A stretch of 64,000 bases of DNA from Chloroflexota bacterium (lineage in GTDB: Bacteria > Chloroflexota > UBA5177): NCBI GenBank assembly GCA_035295425.1, contig DATGJB010000147.1:778-64777 (forward strand), in the 5' to 3' direction. Below, piece after piece: positions 27,121 through 35,884 of the stretch. The stretch's first letter is position 1, and the number at the start of each line of letters is the position of its first letter. The notes under the pieces are model-generated. The model saw only the letters and a program-made list of their open reading frames with translations. It did not search any database and had not been told where the DNA came from. A program made the translations under genes and the position numbers.

Positions 27121-28716
27121 TCAAGGCCAGGAGCCGGCGGCCAGGAACCGGGAGACCCGCTCGATATCCGGACCGAGTGGTCGATCCCGCACCACCGGCT
27201 CGATCATGTCTTCGATCGCCCCGGCATACGGCTCGAGGCCCGGTGCTACCGGCGTTGCTCCCAGCCACCACGCCTGGCGGCAGATGAGAAGGACGCAGGC
27301 GATGACATCGCGAAGCAGCGCCTCCGCCCGGCGGAGCTTCTCGGCGGACTCGAATGTGAACGTCATTGCGTCCTCCTGCCCCAGCGAGGTATCGGCCAGC
27401 CCGATCGAGGCCGGGGTTGCGAGCCGCCTCAGCTGGTTCAATATCCCGACGATCCGCTTCTGAACCACCACCAGGCCGGCGTTGAGTCCCGGCGCCGCAG
27501 CGAGCTGGTCCGGCAACCCCGTGAAGCGTGAATCGAGCAGGCGGTGCGCGTGCTGTCCGGCCAGCTCCGCCGCCTGCGCCAACGCGATACAGAGATAGTC
27601 CAGGTCGCTCGCGAGGTCCACGGCGTGGAACCCGCCGTGGGAGACAAACTGCCCGTCAACGAAGGCCGGCGAGTCGGTCACCGCGACCAGTCCCCGCCGC
27701 AGGTCTTCCTCCAGCCGGTCGGTGACCCGGGCAAGGTGCGCCAGCACCTGGGGGATTACGCGAAGCGAGACCGGTGCCTGAACCAGGGATGGCTCCCGAT
27801 TCCCGGCCCCCGCGGGTTCGTGCCCTCGGGGCGTCCCCTGTGGGTTCCTTCCCGGCCGTGCCCGTGCTTCGGATCGCGACCGGTCCTGATCCGCCCCCCC
27901 GAGAAGCTCGGCCAGACGGTCCAGCACCTCCGCCATGATGGGGTCGTTCGCCAGCCGCGCTACCACCGGCTGATACGGGCTCAGTGGCGCCCGCAATGCA
28001 TCGATCGCGCATGCTGCGCAGACCAGGAGCTGTTGGTACAGCACTCGAGCGGCGCGCCGCCGCGCGGCTCCAAGGGCCACCGCCGCCGGCGCCCCGGCGA
28101 GCAACGCGATGCCCTCCTTTGCGCCAGGACGGTACGGCGCCACTCCTCGCGCCGCGAGCGCGCCGGTCGCATCCTGCGTGGCACCGGATCTGCCATCACC
28201 GGCGGCCAGGACATCCCCACTACCGATGAAAGGCCCGAAGGCGTGGGCGAGAGGGATGATCTCTCCGGCACAGCCAACTGCCGTACTCGGAATCGCTGGG
28301 ATGAACCCGTCGTTCAGGCGATCCGCCAGGAAGCTGCACAGCTCGGGCGACCCACCCGCCGCCCCGTCGAGGAAGCCGGCGAGCCGGACCACCAGCACGG
28401 CCCGCGCCTCGGCGGGTTCCAGATAGGGTGGACCTCCCACTGCTCGTCCGCGCAGCAGGTTTGCCTGGTGCACCTCCTGCTCGTCGGCACTGAGCGAGAC
28501 TCCCGCCAGATACCCCATTCCGGTCGTCACGCCGTACACCTCGCGGCCGTCGGCGAGAGCCGCGAGCATATCCTTCCGCGTCGCCGCGACATGGCCGAGG
28601 AGCTCGGGCGCAAGCCTGACCTGCCACCCGTCCCAGGCGATCGCCTCCAGCGCCGCCAGGGTGAGATCGGCCGCCGAATGCAGCCTGATCGTGCCGCTCA
28701 TATCATTCTGTTCCAT
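27121..28716 (-). CDS. HAL/PAL-superfamily ammonia-lyase-like protein lacking the MIO tripeptide
   Basis: VYGVTTGMG, PLAH, AKEGIAL, SLRVIPQV, GGFH and GQED match the HAL fold. Ala-Ser-Gly is replaced by Cys-Ala-Gly. Confidence 0.85.
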   Translation of the reverse strand: MEQNDMSGTIRLHSAADLTLAALEAIAWDGWQVRLAPELLGHVAATRKDMLAALADGREVYGVTTGMGYLAGVSLSADEQEVHQANLLRGRAVGGPPYLEPAEARAVLVVRLAGFLDGAAGGSPELCSFLADRLNDGFIPAIPSTAVGCAGEIIPLAHAFGPFIGSGDVLAAGDGRSGATQDATGALAARGVAPYRPGAKEGIALLAGAPAAVALGAARRRAARVLYQQLLVCAACAIDALRAPLSPYQPVVARLANDPIMAEVLDRLAELLGGADQDRSRSEARARPGRNPQGTPRGHEPAGAGNREPSLVQAPVSLRVIPQVLAHLARVTDRLEEDLRRGLVAVTDSPAFVDGQFVSHGGFHAVDLASDLDYLCIALAQAAELAGQHAHRLLDSRFTGLPDQLAAAPGLNAGLVVVQKRIVGILNQLRRLATPASIGLADTSLGQEDAMTFTFESAEKLRRAEALLRDVIACVLLICRQAWWLGATPVAPGLEPYAGAIEDMIEPVVRDRPLGPDIERVSRFLAAGSWP

Positions 28717-28898
28717 GCATCTTCACCAGCCCGCACTTCCACACCCCGTATCACCACACCCAGTACCTCCAGACCCCGTACCTCCGCGCCCCGTCCCTAC
28801 CACACCCTGTACTGCCGCGCCCCGCACCTCCACGCCCGCACCCCCGCGTCCTGCACCCCCATGCTCCTCACCCCCCGCGCCCCGTGCTTCCACACCCC

Positions 28899-29155
28899 GT
28901 AGCGGAGGGCTTCAGCCCGGGTACCACCCGCAGAAAGCGTCCCGAGAAACGCCGCCCTACCAGGTCGAAATGGAGACACTCTTGCCATGCGAGGCCCGGG
29001 CTAAAGCCCTCCACTACGCCTTCCCTTCCACGCCCCGTAGCAGAGGGCTTCAGCCCGGTCTCGGCCTGCAGAAAGCGTCCCGAGAAACGCCGCACCGTCA
29101 CGAGGAAATGGGGACAGTTTTGCCATGCCGGGCCCGGGCTAAAGCCCTCCACTAC
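28899..29155. repeat. Two tandem REP doublets (REPIN/BIME-like), 138-bp period
   Basis: GTAGC[G/A]GAGGGCTTCAGCCCGG at 28899 and 29037. Inverted partners CCCGGGCTAAAGCCCTCCACTAC end at 29017 and 29155. Shared spacer GCAGAAAGCGTCCCGAGAAACGCCGC. Confidence 0.92.
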
Positions 29156-29328
29156 GGCGTCACGTCCGTCGGCGCGTCCATCAGGGAGTACGTCGTCGCA
29201 TTCATCGGCGGATCCGTCGGCGCGCCTGTCGCCGAGCCCATCGCCACTTCCATAGGGAAGTCCATCATGGACGCCCATCGCCGCGTCCATCGTGGAGTCG
29301 TCACGGTGCGGATCATGGTGGGAACCGC

Positions 29329-30327
29329 TCACTCGCGGTAGGCCAGCGCGGTACCGATGTCCATCGCCTCAGCACGCTTCCAGATGAGATGCGCCACCGC
29401 GATATCCGTCGTCGCCAGCCCGCGGTGCCAAAACAGGATCCGTTCTTCCGCCGATTCCCTACCCGGGCGCTTCCCGGCGACGATCTCGCCCAGCTCGGCA
29501 TGAAGATTCTCCCTGGTGAGCAGCCCCTCGTCGACATGCCGGCGCAACGCGCCAAAGGGCCCGACCGTCGCCTGGCCCCAGTCGTCGACCACGACCTTGT
29601 CCATGATCGAGGTCAGCGACAGCTCCACCGCGCTCACCGTGCCGTAGGGGACCACGAGCGTTCCGGGCCCCACCCAGTCGGTGCGAAGCAGCACTTCGGG
29701 TTTCGTCAGACGCGTGGCCTCGACCACGATGTCGGCGCCGGCGAGCGCTTCCTCTGGCGACGCCGCGACTTGTACCGGCTTCCCCAGCTCCCGGCTCAGC
29801 CGCCGCGCGAACTCCTCACGCGACTGGGGTCGGGCGCTGGTGACGCGGATCTCGCGAAAGTCGAAAAGGTCGTCCAGCATGGTGACGTTCCACCATGCGC
29901 TGCCCCGGGAGCCGATATGCCCCAACACGGCACTGTCCGGCCGGGCAAGATAGCGGGCTCCGAGGGCGGTCATCGCCCCGGTGCGCGCCGCCGTGATGAG
30001 CGTCCCATCGACGATCGCCAGCGGTGCGCCGGTCTCCGGACTGTACAGTGTGACGAGTGCCAGCTCACTCGGCAGGCCGTGTCGATAATTCTCGACGAAG
30101 TCGCCCACGACCTTCACCCCGCTCACACCGAGTGGCGCGACGTGCCCACGCAGCACGTTGAAGTGCCCGCCACTTGCCGGCGGGACCAGGTGCACGCGTG
30201 GCTCCAGGACCACCTGGCCATTCCCCTGGGCACGAACGGCCGCTTCAACCGCGCCGAGAATGTCTCTGCGCGTCAATTGAAGCTGCTCGATATCAGCGGC
30301 AGACACAAATCGCGTCGTGAGCTTCAT
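29329..30327 (-). CDS. Ornithine cyclodeaminase/mu-crystallin family protein
   Basis: GVKVVGDF, ITAARTGA, HAELGEIVAGKRPGRES and HRGLATTDIA motifs. Confidence 0.9.
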   Translation of the reverse strand: MKLTTRFVSAADIEQLQLTRRDILGAVEAAVRAQGNGQVVLEPRVHLVPPASGGHFNVLRGHVAPLGVSGVKVVGDFVENYRHGLPSELALVTLYSPETGAPLAIVDGTLITAARTGAMTALGARYLARPDSAVLGHIGSRGSAWWNVTMLDDLFDFREIRVTSARPQSREEFARRLSRELGKPVQVAASPEEALAGADIVVEATRLTKPEVLLRTDWVGPGTLVVPYGTVSAVELSLTSIMDKVVVDDWGQATVGPFGALRRHVDEGLLTRENLHAELGEIVAGKRPGRESAEERILFWHRGLATTDIAVAHLIWKRAEAMDIGTALAYRE

Positions 30328-30360
30328 CTCATCTTCCGGTCAGGTGGCACCATGCGGCCA

Positions 30361-30389
30361 TTGTCGCTCACACAACCCGCGACTATAAT
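30361..30389 (+). promoter_or_regulatory. Sigma70-type promoter TTGTCG-17-TATAAT for the SBP operon
   Basis: -35 at 30361-30366, -10 at 30384-30389, 17-nt spacer. Confidence 0.6.
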
Positions 30390-30580
30390 GGCGGCATCGT
30401 TTCCGGCCCGCTCTGCCGGCGACGAGCGTCCGCGAAGCTGGCTTCTTCGAGGAGGTGCTGACCGCCGGAAACCGGTTGTGACGTTTCTTCGCTGGCATCC
30501 GTTCTGGATAGGTGTACAGAGGAGATGTTCGTGGACGCATCCATGCCCCAGACTCGGAGGAGAGTCGAGGAGGAGAAGCA

Positions 30581-32242
30581 ATGGTAAGGGACGAGTACGA
30601 GCTCGTGGAAGATGTGCTGAATGGCGTGATGAGCCGCCGTCAGCTGATCACGAGACTCATGGCGGCAGGTGTCGCCCTGCCGACGATCGTGGGTATCCTG
30701 ACCGAGACCGGTCTCGGCGGTGAGGCCGAGGCGGCGCAGCTCGCGGCCCCTGCGCTGGCGCCGAAGCGTGGCGGAACGCTGAAGATCGGGTATCTGGTGC
30801 CCGCCGCCGACGTCGATCCGGTGACCATGTTCAATGAGGGGGCGATCCTGACGGCGCAGCTCTCGATGGAGTACCTGTGCTATCCGCGCCCCGACTACTC
30901 GCTGGCGAAGAAGCTCGCCGTTTCGTGGCACGCGCCCAAGCCGGATACCTGGATCTTCAACCTCCGCAAGGGTGTCAAGTGGCACAACGGCAAGCCCTTC
31001 ACCGCGGACGATGTCGTGTACACCTTCAATCTGCTGACCGACCCCGCTACCAACTCGGCGGCGCTCTCGGCCTTCAAGGGCATACTCTCCAAGGGCCACA
31101 CGCGAAAGATCGACGCGCACACCGTGCAGTTCCATCTCGATCGTGGGTACTCGGGTTTCCCCTACCTGGTATCGGCCCTCACCTACAACTCGGCAATCCT
31201 GCCGAAAGGGTATAAAGTCGGCCAGTTCATCAAGGGCGGCATCGGGACCGGTCCATTCATCCTGACCGGGTACACGCCCAAGGTCGGCGCCACCTACAAG
31301 AAGAACCCCCACTACTGGGCGAAGGGCCTGCCCTATCTCAACGGGGTCCACATCAAGTACTACGGAGCCGACCAGGCGACCGTGCTCGGATTGCAGGCGG
31401 GCGAGGTCGATATCTTCCCCAACGCCACCTACCAGGGGGGCCAGGCACTGTTCTCCGACTCGAATCTCCGGATTCTCCGGAACCCGGGCAGCGCCTACCG
31501 CGAGTTCCACATGCGGGTCGATAAGTCGCCCTTCACCGACAAGCGGGTGCGGCAGGCGGTCGCTTATAGTCTCGATCGCCCTGCCCTGGTCAAGAGCCTG
31601 CTGAACGGCCTGGGCCAGGTCGGCAACGACCACGGCTTCGCTCCGGTGTTCGGGCCGCTCTCGGCGGGTGCGAAGAAGGTTCCCCAGCGCAAGCAGGACA
31701 TCGCCAAGGCGAAACAGCTGCTGGCGGCAGCCGGCCATCCGAATGGCATCGATGTCACCCTGACGTTCGAGAACTACCTCGAGATTCCGCAGTACGCCGT
31801 CATCATCAAAGAGCAGTGCAAAGCTGCCGGCATCAACGTTACCCTCAACGGCGAGGATCAGAACACCTACTACGGCTCGGGCGACAACCAGCCCTGGCTG
31901 TTGGTGCCGATGGGAATCGTGGACTGGGCGCCGCGCGGTACACCCAGCCAGCTGATCACACCGGCCTACCTCAGTAGCTCGATTCCGCCACCGTTCTCCG
32001 GCTGGAATTCGGCCCACTGGTCCAACAAGACCTTCGACCGTCTCATCGCCAACTCGGACAAAGAGATCAACAAGACCAAGTACAACGCGGACGTCTACCA
32101 GGCGGCGAAGATCATGAACGACGAGGTCCCGGCGGTCATCGCTTACTGGATCAACGACCTGCACGCGCTCAAGAAGACAGTTCACGGCGTGCCGAACGGT
32201 CCCGGGCCGTATCCGGACTTCTCGGCTACCTGGATCGGCTAA
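30581..32242 (+). CDS. ABC substrate-binding protein, family 5 (DppA-like), Tat signal
   Basis: SRRQLI twin-arginine-like signal, LRKGVKWHNGKPFTADDVVYT, IGTGPF, PFTDKRVRQA. AGGAGG RBS. Confidence 0.92.
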   Translation: MVRDEYELVEDVLNGVMSRRQLITRLMAAGVALPTIVGILTETGLGGEAEAAQLAAPALAPKRGGTLKIGYLVPAADVDPVTMFNEGAILTAQLSMEYLCYPRPDYSLAKKLAVSWHAPKPDTWIFNLRKGVKWHNGKPFTADDVVYTFNLLTDPATNSAALSAFKGILSKGHTRKIDAHTVQFHLDRGYSGFPYLVSALTYNSAILPKGYKVGQFIKGGIGTGPFILTGYTPKVGATYKKNPHYWAKGLPYLNGVHIKYYGADQATVLGLQAGEVDIFPNATYQGGQALFSDSNLRILRNPGSAYREFHMRVDKSPFTDKRVRQAVAYSLDRPALVKSLLNGLGQVGNDHGFAPVFGPLSAGAKKVPQRKQDIAKAKQLLAAAGHPNGIDVTLTFENYLEIPQYAVIIKEQCKAAGINVTLNGEDQNTYYGSGDNQPWLLVPMGIVDWAPRGTPSQLITPAYLSSSIPPPFSGWNSAHWSNKTFDRLIANSDKEINKTKYNADVYQAAKIMNDEVPAVIAYWINDLHALKKTVHGVPNGPGPYPDFSATWIG

Positions 32243-32251
32243 CCTCCGAGG

Positions 32252-33361
32252 TTGAAGATCACGGCAATTCGAGCTCGGCGCCTGTGCGCCGAGCTCGATC
32301 CGCCTTTTCATGCTGCCTGGGACCCGGTACCGCGGCGGCGCGTCGCCGCCACGCTCGTCTGCGTCGAAACCGACGAGGGCATCACCGGCGTCGGCTCGGG
32401 CGACACCATGGACGGCTTCGAGCCGTTCGCCGAGTTGTTCATCGGCCAGGATCCGCTGGCCATCGCCCGCCACGTCCGCACGTTGGAGACGATCAGCTTC
32501 CACGCCGGCCGCTACTGGCCGCTGGAAGCGGCGCTCTGGGACATTATCGGCCAGGTATGCGGGCAGCCGGTGTCCGTACTGTTCGGCGGCGCCGCCGAAC
32601 GCATCCCCGCCTACGCCTCCTGTGGCGAGCTGAAAGGGCCTGAGGAGCGCGCGGAGTCGGCCCTGGCACTCCGCGAGGAGGGGTTTCGGGCCTTGAAGAT
32701 CCGCGTCCAGCCGGGACTGGCTCCAGCCGGCGTGGCTGCCGTGGCGGCGGTACGGGCGGCGGTGGGCGACAGCATGGACATTCTGGTCGACCTCAATCAG
32801 GCCTGGCGGATGGCAGGCGACCTCTCGCCGGCACTCGACGCCGCCGGGGCCCGCCGCGCCGCTGCAGAGCTGACCGAGCTTGGAGTGCTGTGGCTCGAGG
32901 AGCCGCTCCCGCTGACCGACCGGCGAGGCATCCGGGATCTTCGTCAGGTCACCGGTATGCGCATCGCCGGCGGGGAGATGACCCGCACTCTCGACGAGCT
33001 ACTCGACTACCTGGCCGACGATCTGCTCGACGTCTACCAGCCCGACGTGGTCCTCGCCGCCGGCATGTCGCGGGTCCGGCTGGTTGCCGAGACCGCTCTG
33101 GCGCGTAACCGCTGGTTCAGTCCCCATACCTGGACGAACGGTCTGGGACTGCTCGCGAACCTCCACGTCGCGACTGGGGTCGGAGGTGGCCCGTATCTGG
33201 AGTTTCCGTACGATCCGCCCGGCTGGACGGTCGAGCGTCGGGACTTCTTTCTCGCCGAGCCGATCCGAGTCGGACCGGATGGGTGTGTAGCCGTCCCTTC
33301 CCGACCCGGATTGGGCGCACTTCTCGACGGTCCGACGCTCGACCGGCTGGAGGTTACATGA
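32252..33361 (+). CDS. Mandelate racemase/muconate-lactonizing (enolase superfamily) enzyme
   Basis: AALWDIIG; KxR in place of KxK; metal ligands VD/EEP/GGE; QPD...PH His-Asp dyad; PSRPGLG. Confidence 0.9.
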   Translation: MKITAIRARRLCAELDPPFHAAWDPVPRRRVAATLVCVETDEGITGVGSGDTMDGFEPFAELFIGQDPLAIARHVRTLETISFHAGRYWPLEAALWDIIGQVCGQPVSVLFGGAAERIPAYASCGELKGPEERAESALALREEGFRALKIRVQPGLAPAGVAAVAAVRAAVGDSMDILVDLNQAWRMAGDLSPALDAAGARRAAAELTELGVLWLEEPLPLTDRRGIRDLRQVTGMRIAGGEMTRTLDELLDYLADDLLDVYQPDVVLAAGMSRVRLVAETALARNRWFSPHTWTNGLGLLANLHVATGVGGGPYLEFPYDPPGWTVERRDFFLAEPIRVGPDGCVAVPSRPGLGALLDGPTLDRLEVT

Positions 33362-34524
33362 GCCCACTGACGGACCAACGATTCACCATCGGTGTGGAGG
33401 GGCGCGCCCTTTTCGGGGCCGGCTCAATCGCCGAGCTCCCGTCCTTGCTCCCTCCCATCTCCGGCAACCGGGTGTTGCTGGTGACCGACGGCGGAGTGGT
33501 TGCTGCAGGCATCGCCGGCGAGGTCATCGCACTGCTCGAGGCGCATGGTTTCGAAACCCCGCTGTTCGATGGGGTGCATCCGAATCCCTCCACCGCGACG
33601 CTGGAACGGGGCGCGGCGGCGGCGCGCTGGCTCGCGCCGAGTGCTGTCATCGCCCTGGGAGGCGGAAGCGTGCTCGACGCCGCCAAGGGTATCGCGCTGC
33701 TTGCCACCAACGACGTGTCGCCGCCTGAGATCGACTACCGCATCGAGCCGGCAGCACCCGGCCTACCAGTTATCGCCATCCCCACCACGGCAGGCACGGG
33801 TTCGGAAACCAACGGTTTCGGCGTGTTCGAAGATCCGGAGGCCCATCGGAAGTTTTACGCCGGCCACGCCAGCGTTGTTCCGGCACGCATCATCCTCGAT
33901 CCGGTGCTCACTCTCGGGCTGCCGCCGCCTGCTACCGCCAGTACCGGGATCGACGTCCTGGCACATGCCCTCGAATCACTCTCCTCGCGCCGGTCAAACC
34001 CATACGCGCAGGGCCTGAACCTCCAGGTGGTGCGCATGGTCCTGCGGTACCTTCCGGAAGCCGTGCGCGACGGCGCCGATCTCGAAGCACGCGCCCAGAT
34101 GCTGCTCGCCGCCCACATGGCCGGGCTTGCCTTCGCCACCACCGGCCTCGGCCTGGCACACGCTACCGCCCACGCCCTCAGCGCGCACTCCGGTACCGCC
34201 CACGGGGTCGGTCTCGGCATCCTGCTCCCGCATGTCCTCGCCTTCAACCTGGGCGTTTGCCGCGACGCCTATGAAGCTGTTGCCGCCACGGTCGCCGCGA
34301 CCGGTCTGCCGCTCACCTCGACGAGCGAGCCGCATGCCGCCGTCGAAGCGGCCCATGCGCTGGTGCGCGCGGTCGGCGCGCCGCTGGCGCTCGCCGAGGT
34401 GGGAGTCGCCTCGGCGTCGATCGACCTGGTCGTCGCCGATGCCCTGGCCGACGAGGTCATCCTCAACACACCCCGCCTACCGACCAGCGACGAGCTACGC
34501 GCGTTGCTCGAAGCGGCGTTCTGA
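33358..34524 (+). CDS. Iron-containing (type III) alcohol dehydrogenase
   Basis: LGGGSVLDAAK, IPTTAGTGSE, DVLAHALES, HATAH and HG metal-binding motifs. Confidence 0.92.
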   Translation: MSPLTDQRFTIGVEGRALFGAGSIAELPSLLPPISGNRVLLVTDGGVVAAGIAGEVIALLEAHGFETPLFDGVHPNPSTATLERGAAAARWLAPSAVIALGGGSVLDAAKGIALLATNDVSPPEIDYRIEPAAPGLPVIAIPTTAGTGSETNGFGVFEDPEAHRKFYAGHASVVPARIILDPVLTLGLPPPATASTGIDVLAHALESLSSRRSNPYAQGLNLQVVRMVLRYLPEAVRDGADLEARAQMLLAAHMAGLAFATTGLGLAHATAHALSAHSGTAHGVGLGILLPHVLAFNLGVCRDAYEAVAATVAATGLPLTSTSEPHAAVEAAHALVRAVGAPLALAEVGVASASIDLVVADALADEVILNTPRLPTSDELRALLEAAF

Positions 34525-34568
34525 GGACCGGACAAGCTGCGACCGCGCCGGTAAGAGGGTCGGTACGG

Positions 34569-35624
34569 CTACAACTTCGCCGCCAGCTCCTGAATTTCCG
34601 GCTTCAGTGTCGGGTCGGTGCCCATATAGGCGTGTTTGGACATGTCCGCCGAGTACTTGCTGGCCTCGGGTGTCCGGCCCAGCGCCTCCGCCATGGCGCG
34701 GATGTGGTGCGGCCCCGCACCGCAGCAAACACCAAGGTAGCGGACATCCATGGCATACGCCTCACGCGTGAAGTCCGCAATCTCGTGACGATTGCAGGTG
34801 AACGGGTCGAGGTCGGTGGGAAACGGCCGGTCCTCGGGCAGGCCGTGGTAGTCCGGATCGCGCAGCGACTGGAAGGTCGGCTCGGCGTCGGTGGTGCGAT
34901 ACGGCACGGGAAGCGCTGCGACGTAGCCGCTGACGGCTTCGCGCACCCGCCGCAGAACGGGCAGCATCGTGCGGGGACCGCGGGCGCAATTCAGGCCCAC
35001 GACATCGGCGCCATGCGCTTCGAGCATGCGGCAGGCATCCTCCGGCGAGTAGCCGTCCGGCGTCGTTTCGTAGCGGTGGGCCGCCATGGTGACAACGGCG
35101 GGTAATCCGGTTTCCTTGATCACTTCGAGAGCGATACGCGCCTCCTCGGCAAACGAGAAGGTTTCCGCCACGATAAAGTCCACGCCTGCCTCGGCCGCCC
35201 AGCGAGCCTGCTCCTCGAACATGGAACGTACTACCCGCGCCGACTCTTCGTCGCCGACATACACGTTCGTGTTGGAGAGGTCGCCTGCCAGCAGAGTATC
35301 GGTTTCGTCCGCAACCTTTCGGGCAATCTGTAGAGCTTGCCGGTTGAGCGGCTCCAGCTGTTCCTCTTTCCCGATGATTCGAAGTTTCTCGCGGTGCCCA
35401 TAGTAGGTGAAAGCCTCGACGACGTCGGAGCCGGCGCGGACGAACTCGCGGTGCAGCTGCTCGATGACCTCGGGATGCTCGAGCACAACCTCAGGCACAA
35501 AGGCGCCCGCCTGTAGATAGCCACGGCGCTCACACTCGAAGAGGTACCCTTCGGCGCAGACGACCGGTCCCTGCGCGAGGCGCTCGAGCAGGCCGGGCCT
35601 GGATTGACTGGCGGCTTCAACCAT
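34569..35624 (-). CDS. Homocysteine S-methyltransferase, betaine-homocysteine methyltransferase-like
   Basis: GLLERL...ERRGYLQAGAFVPEVVLEHPE...QLHREFVRAGSDV closely parallels BHMT. Zn ligands GLNC and GVCCG. Confidence 0.88.
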   Translation of the reverse strand: MVEAASQSRPGLLERLAQGPVVCAEGYLFECERRGYLQAGAFVPEVVLEHPEVIEQLHREFVRAGSDVVEAFTYYGHREKLRIIGKEEQLEPLNRQALQIARKVADETDTLLAGDLSNTNVYVGDEESARVVRSMFEEQARWAAEAGVDFIVAETFSFAEEARIALEVIKETGLPAVVTMAAHRYETTPDGYSPEDACRMLEAHGADVVGLNCARGPRTMLPVLRRVREAVSGYVAALPVPYRTTDAEPTFQSLRDPDYHGLPEDRPFPTDLDPFTCNRHEIADFTREAYAMDVRYLGVCCGAGPHHIRAMAEALGRTPEASKYSADMSKHAYMGTDPTLKPEIQELAAKL

Positions 35625-35835
35625 TCTGCTTCTCCATCAACTAGCCTTGGATCATCATCGGGATGCGGCGCCCGGAGCTCTCCCTTCCTGACGGCGAGCG
35701 GACAGTACCCACGATGCGGGTGGAGCGGGGAGAGTTGGCGCCGTCGGACTGCCCCGGTCAGACCAGCTCGGGACAGCTCGCGGTGCAACCGTTCTTGAGA
35801 ATAGCAGGAGCGGCAGGACTAAGCCGGCGGAAGGC

Positions 35836-35863
35836 AAAAAAGGGGCGCCGTTCCCGGCGCCCC
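35836..35863 (-). terminator. Intrinsic terminator
   Basis: GGGGCGCCG-GGAA-CGGCGCCCC-TTTTTT on the minus strand, after the small membrane-protein gene. Confidence 0.85.
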
Positions 35864-35884
35864 CATCCCGTTCGTCGTGGATCG

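Noticed and set aside
30383-32503. 706-aa antisense ORF and other long shadow ORFs (e.g. 30-1418, 7012-8385, 62780-63976)
   Set aside because: They lie opposite well-supported genes and lack motifs, as expected from high-GC codon bias.
35640-35800. SAM/SAH riboswitch upstream of the BHMT-like gene
   Set aside because: The position is attractive but no convincing SAM-I, SAM-IV or SAH core is visible. An Rfam scan would settle it.
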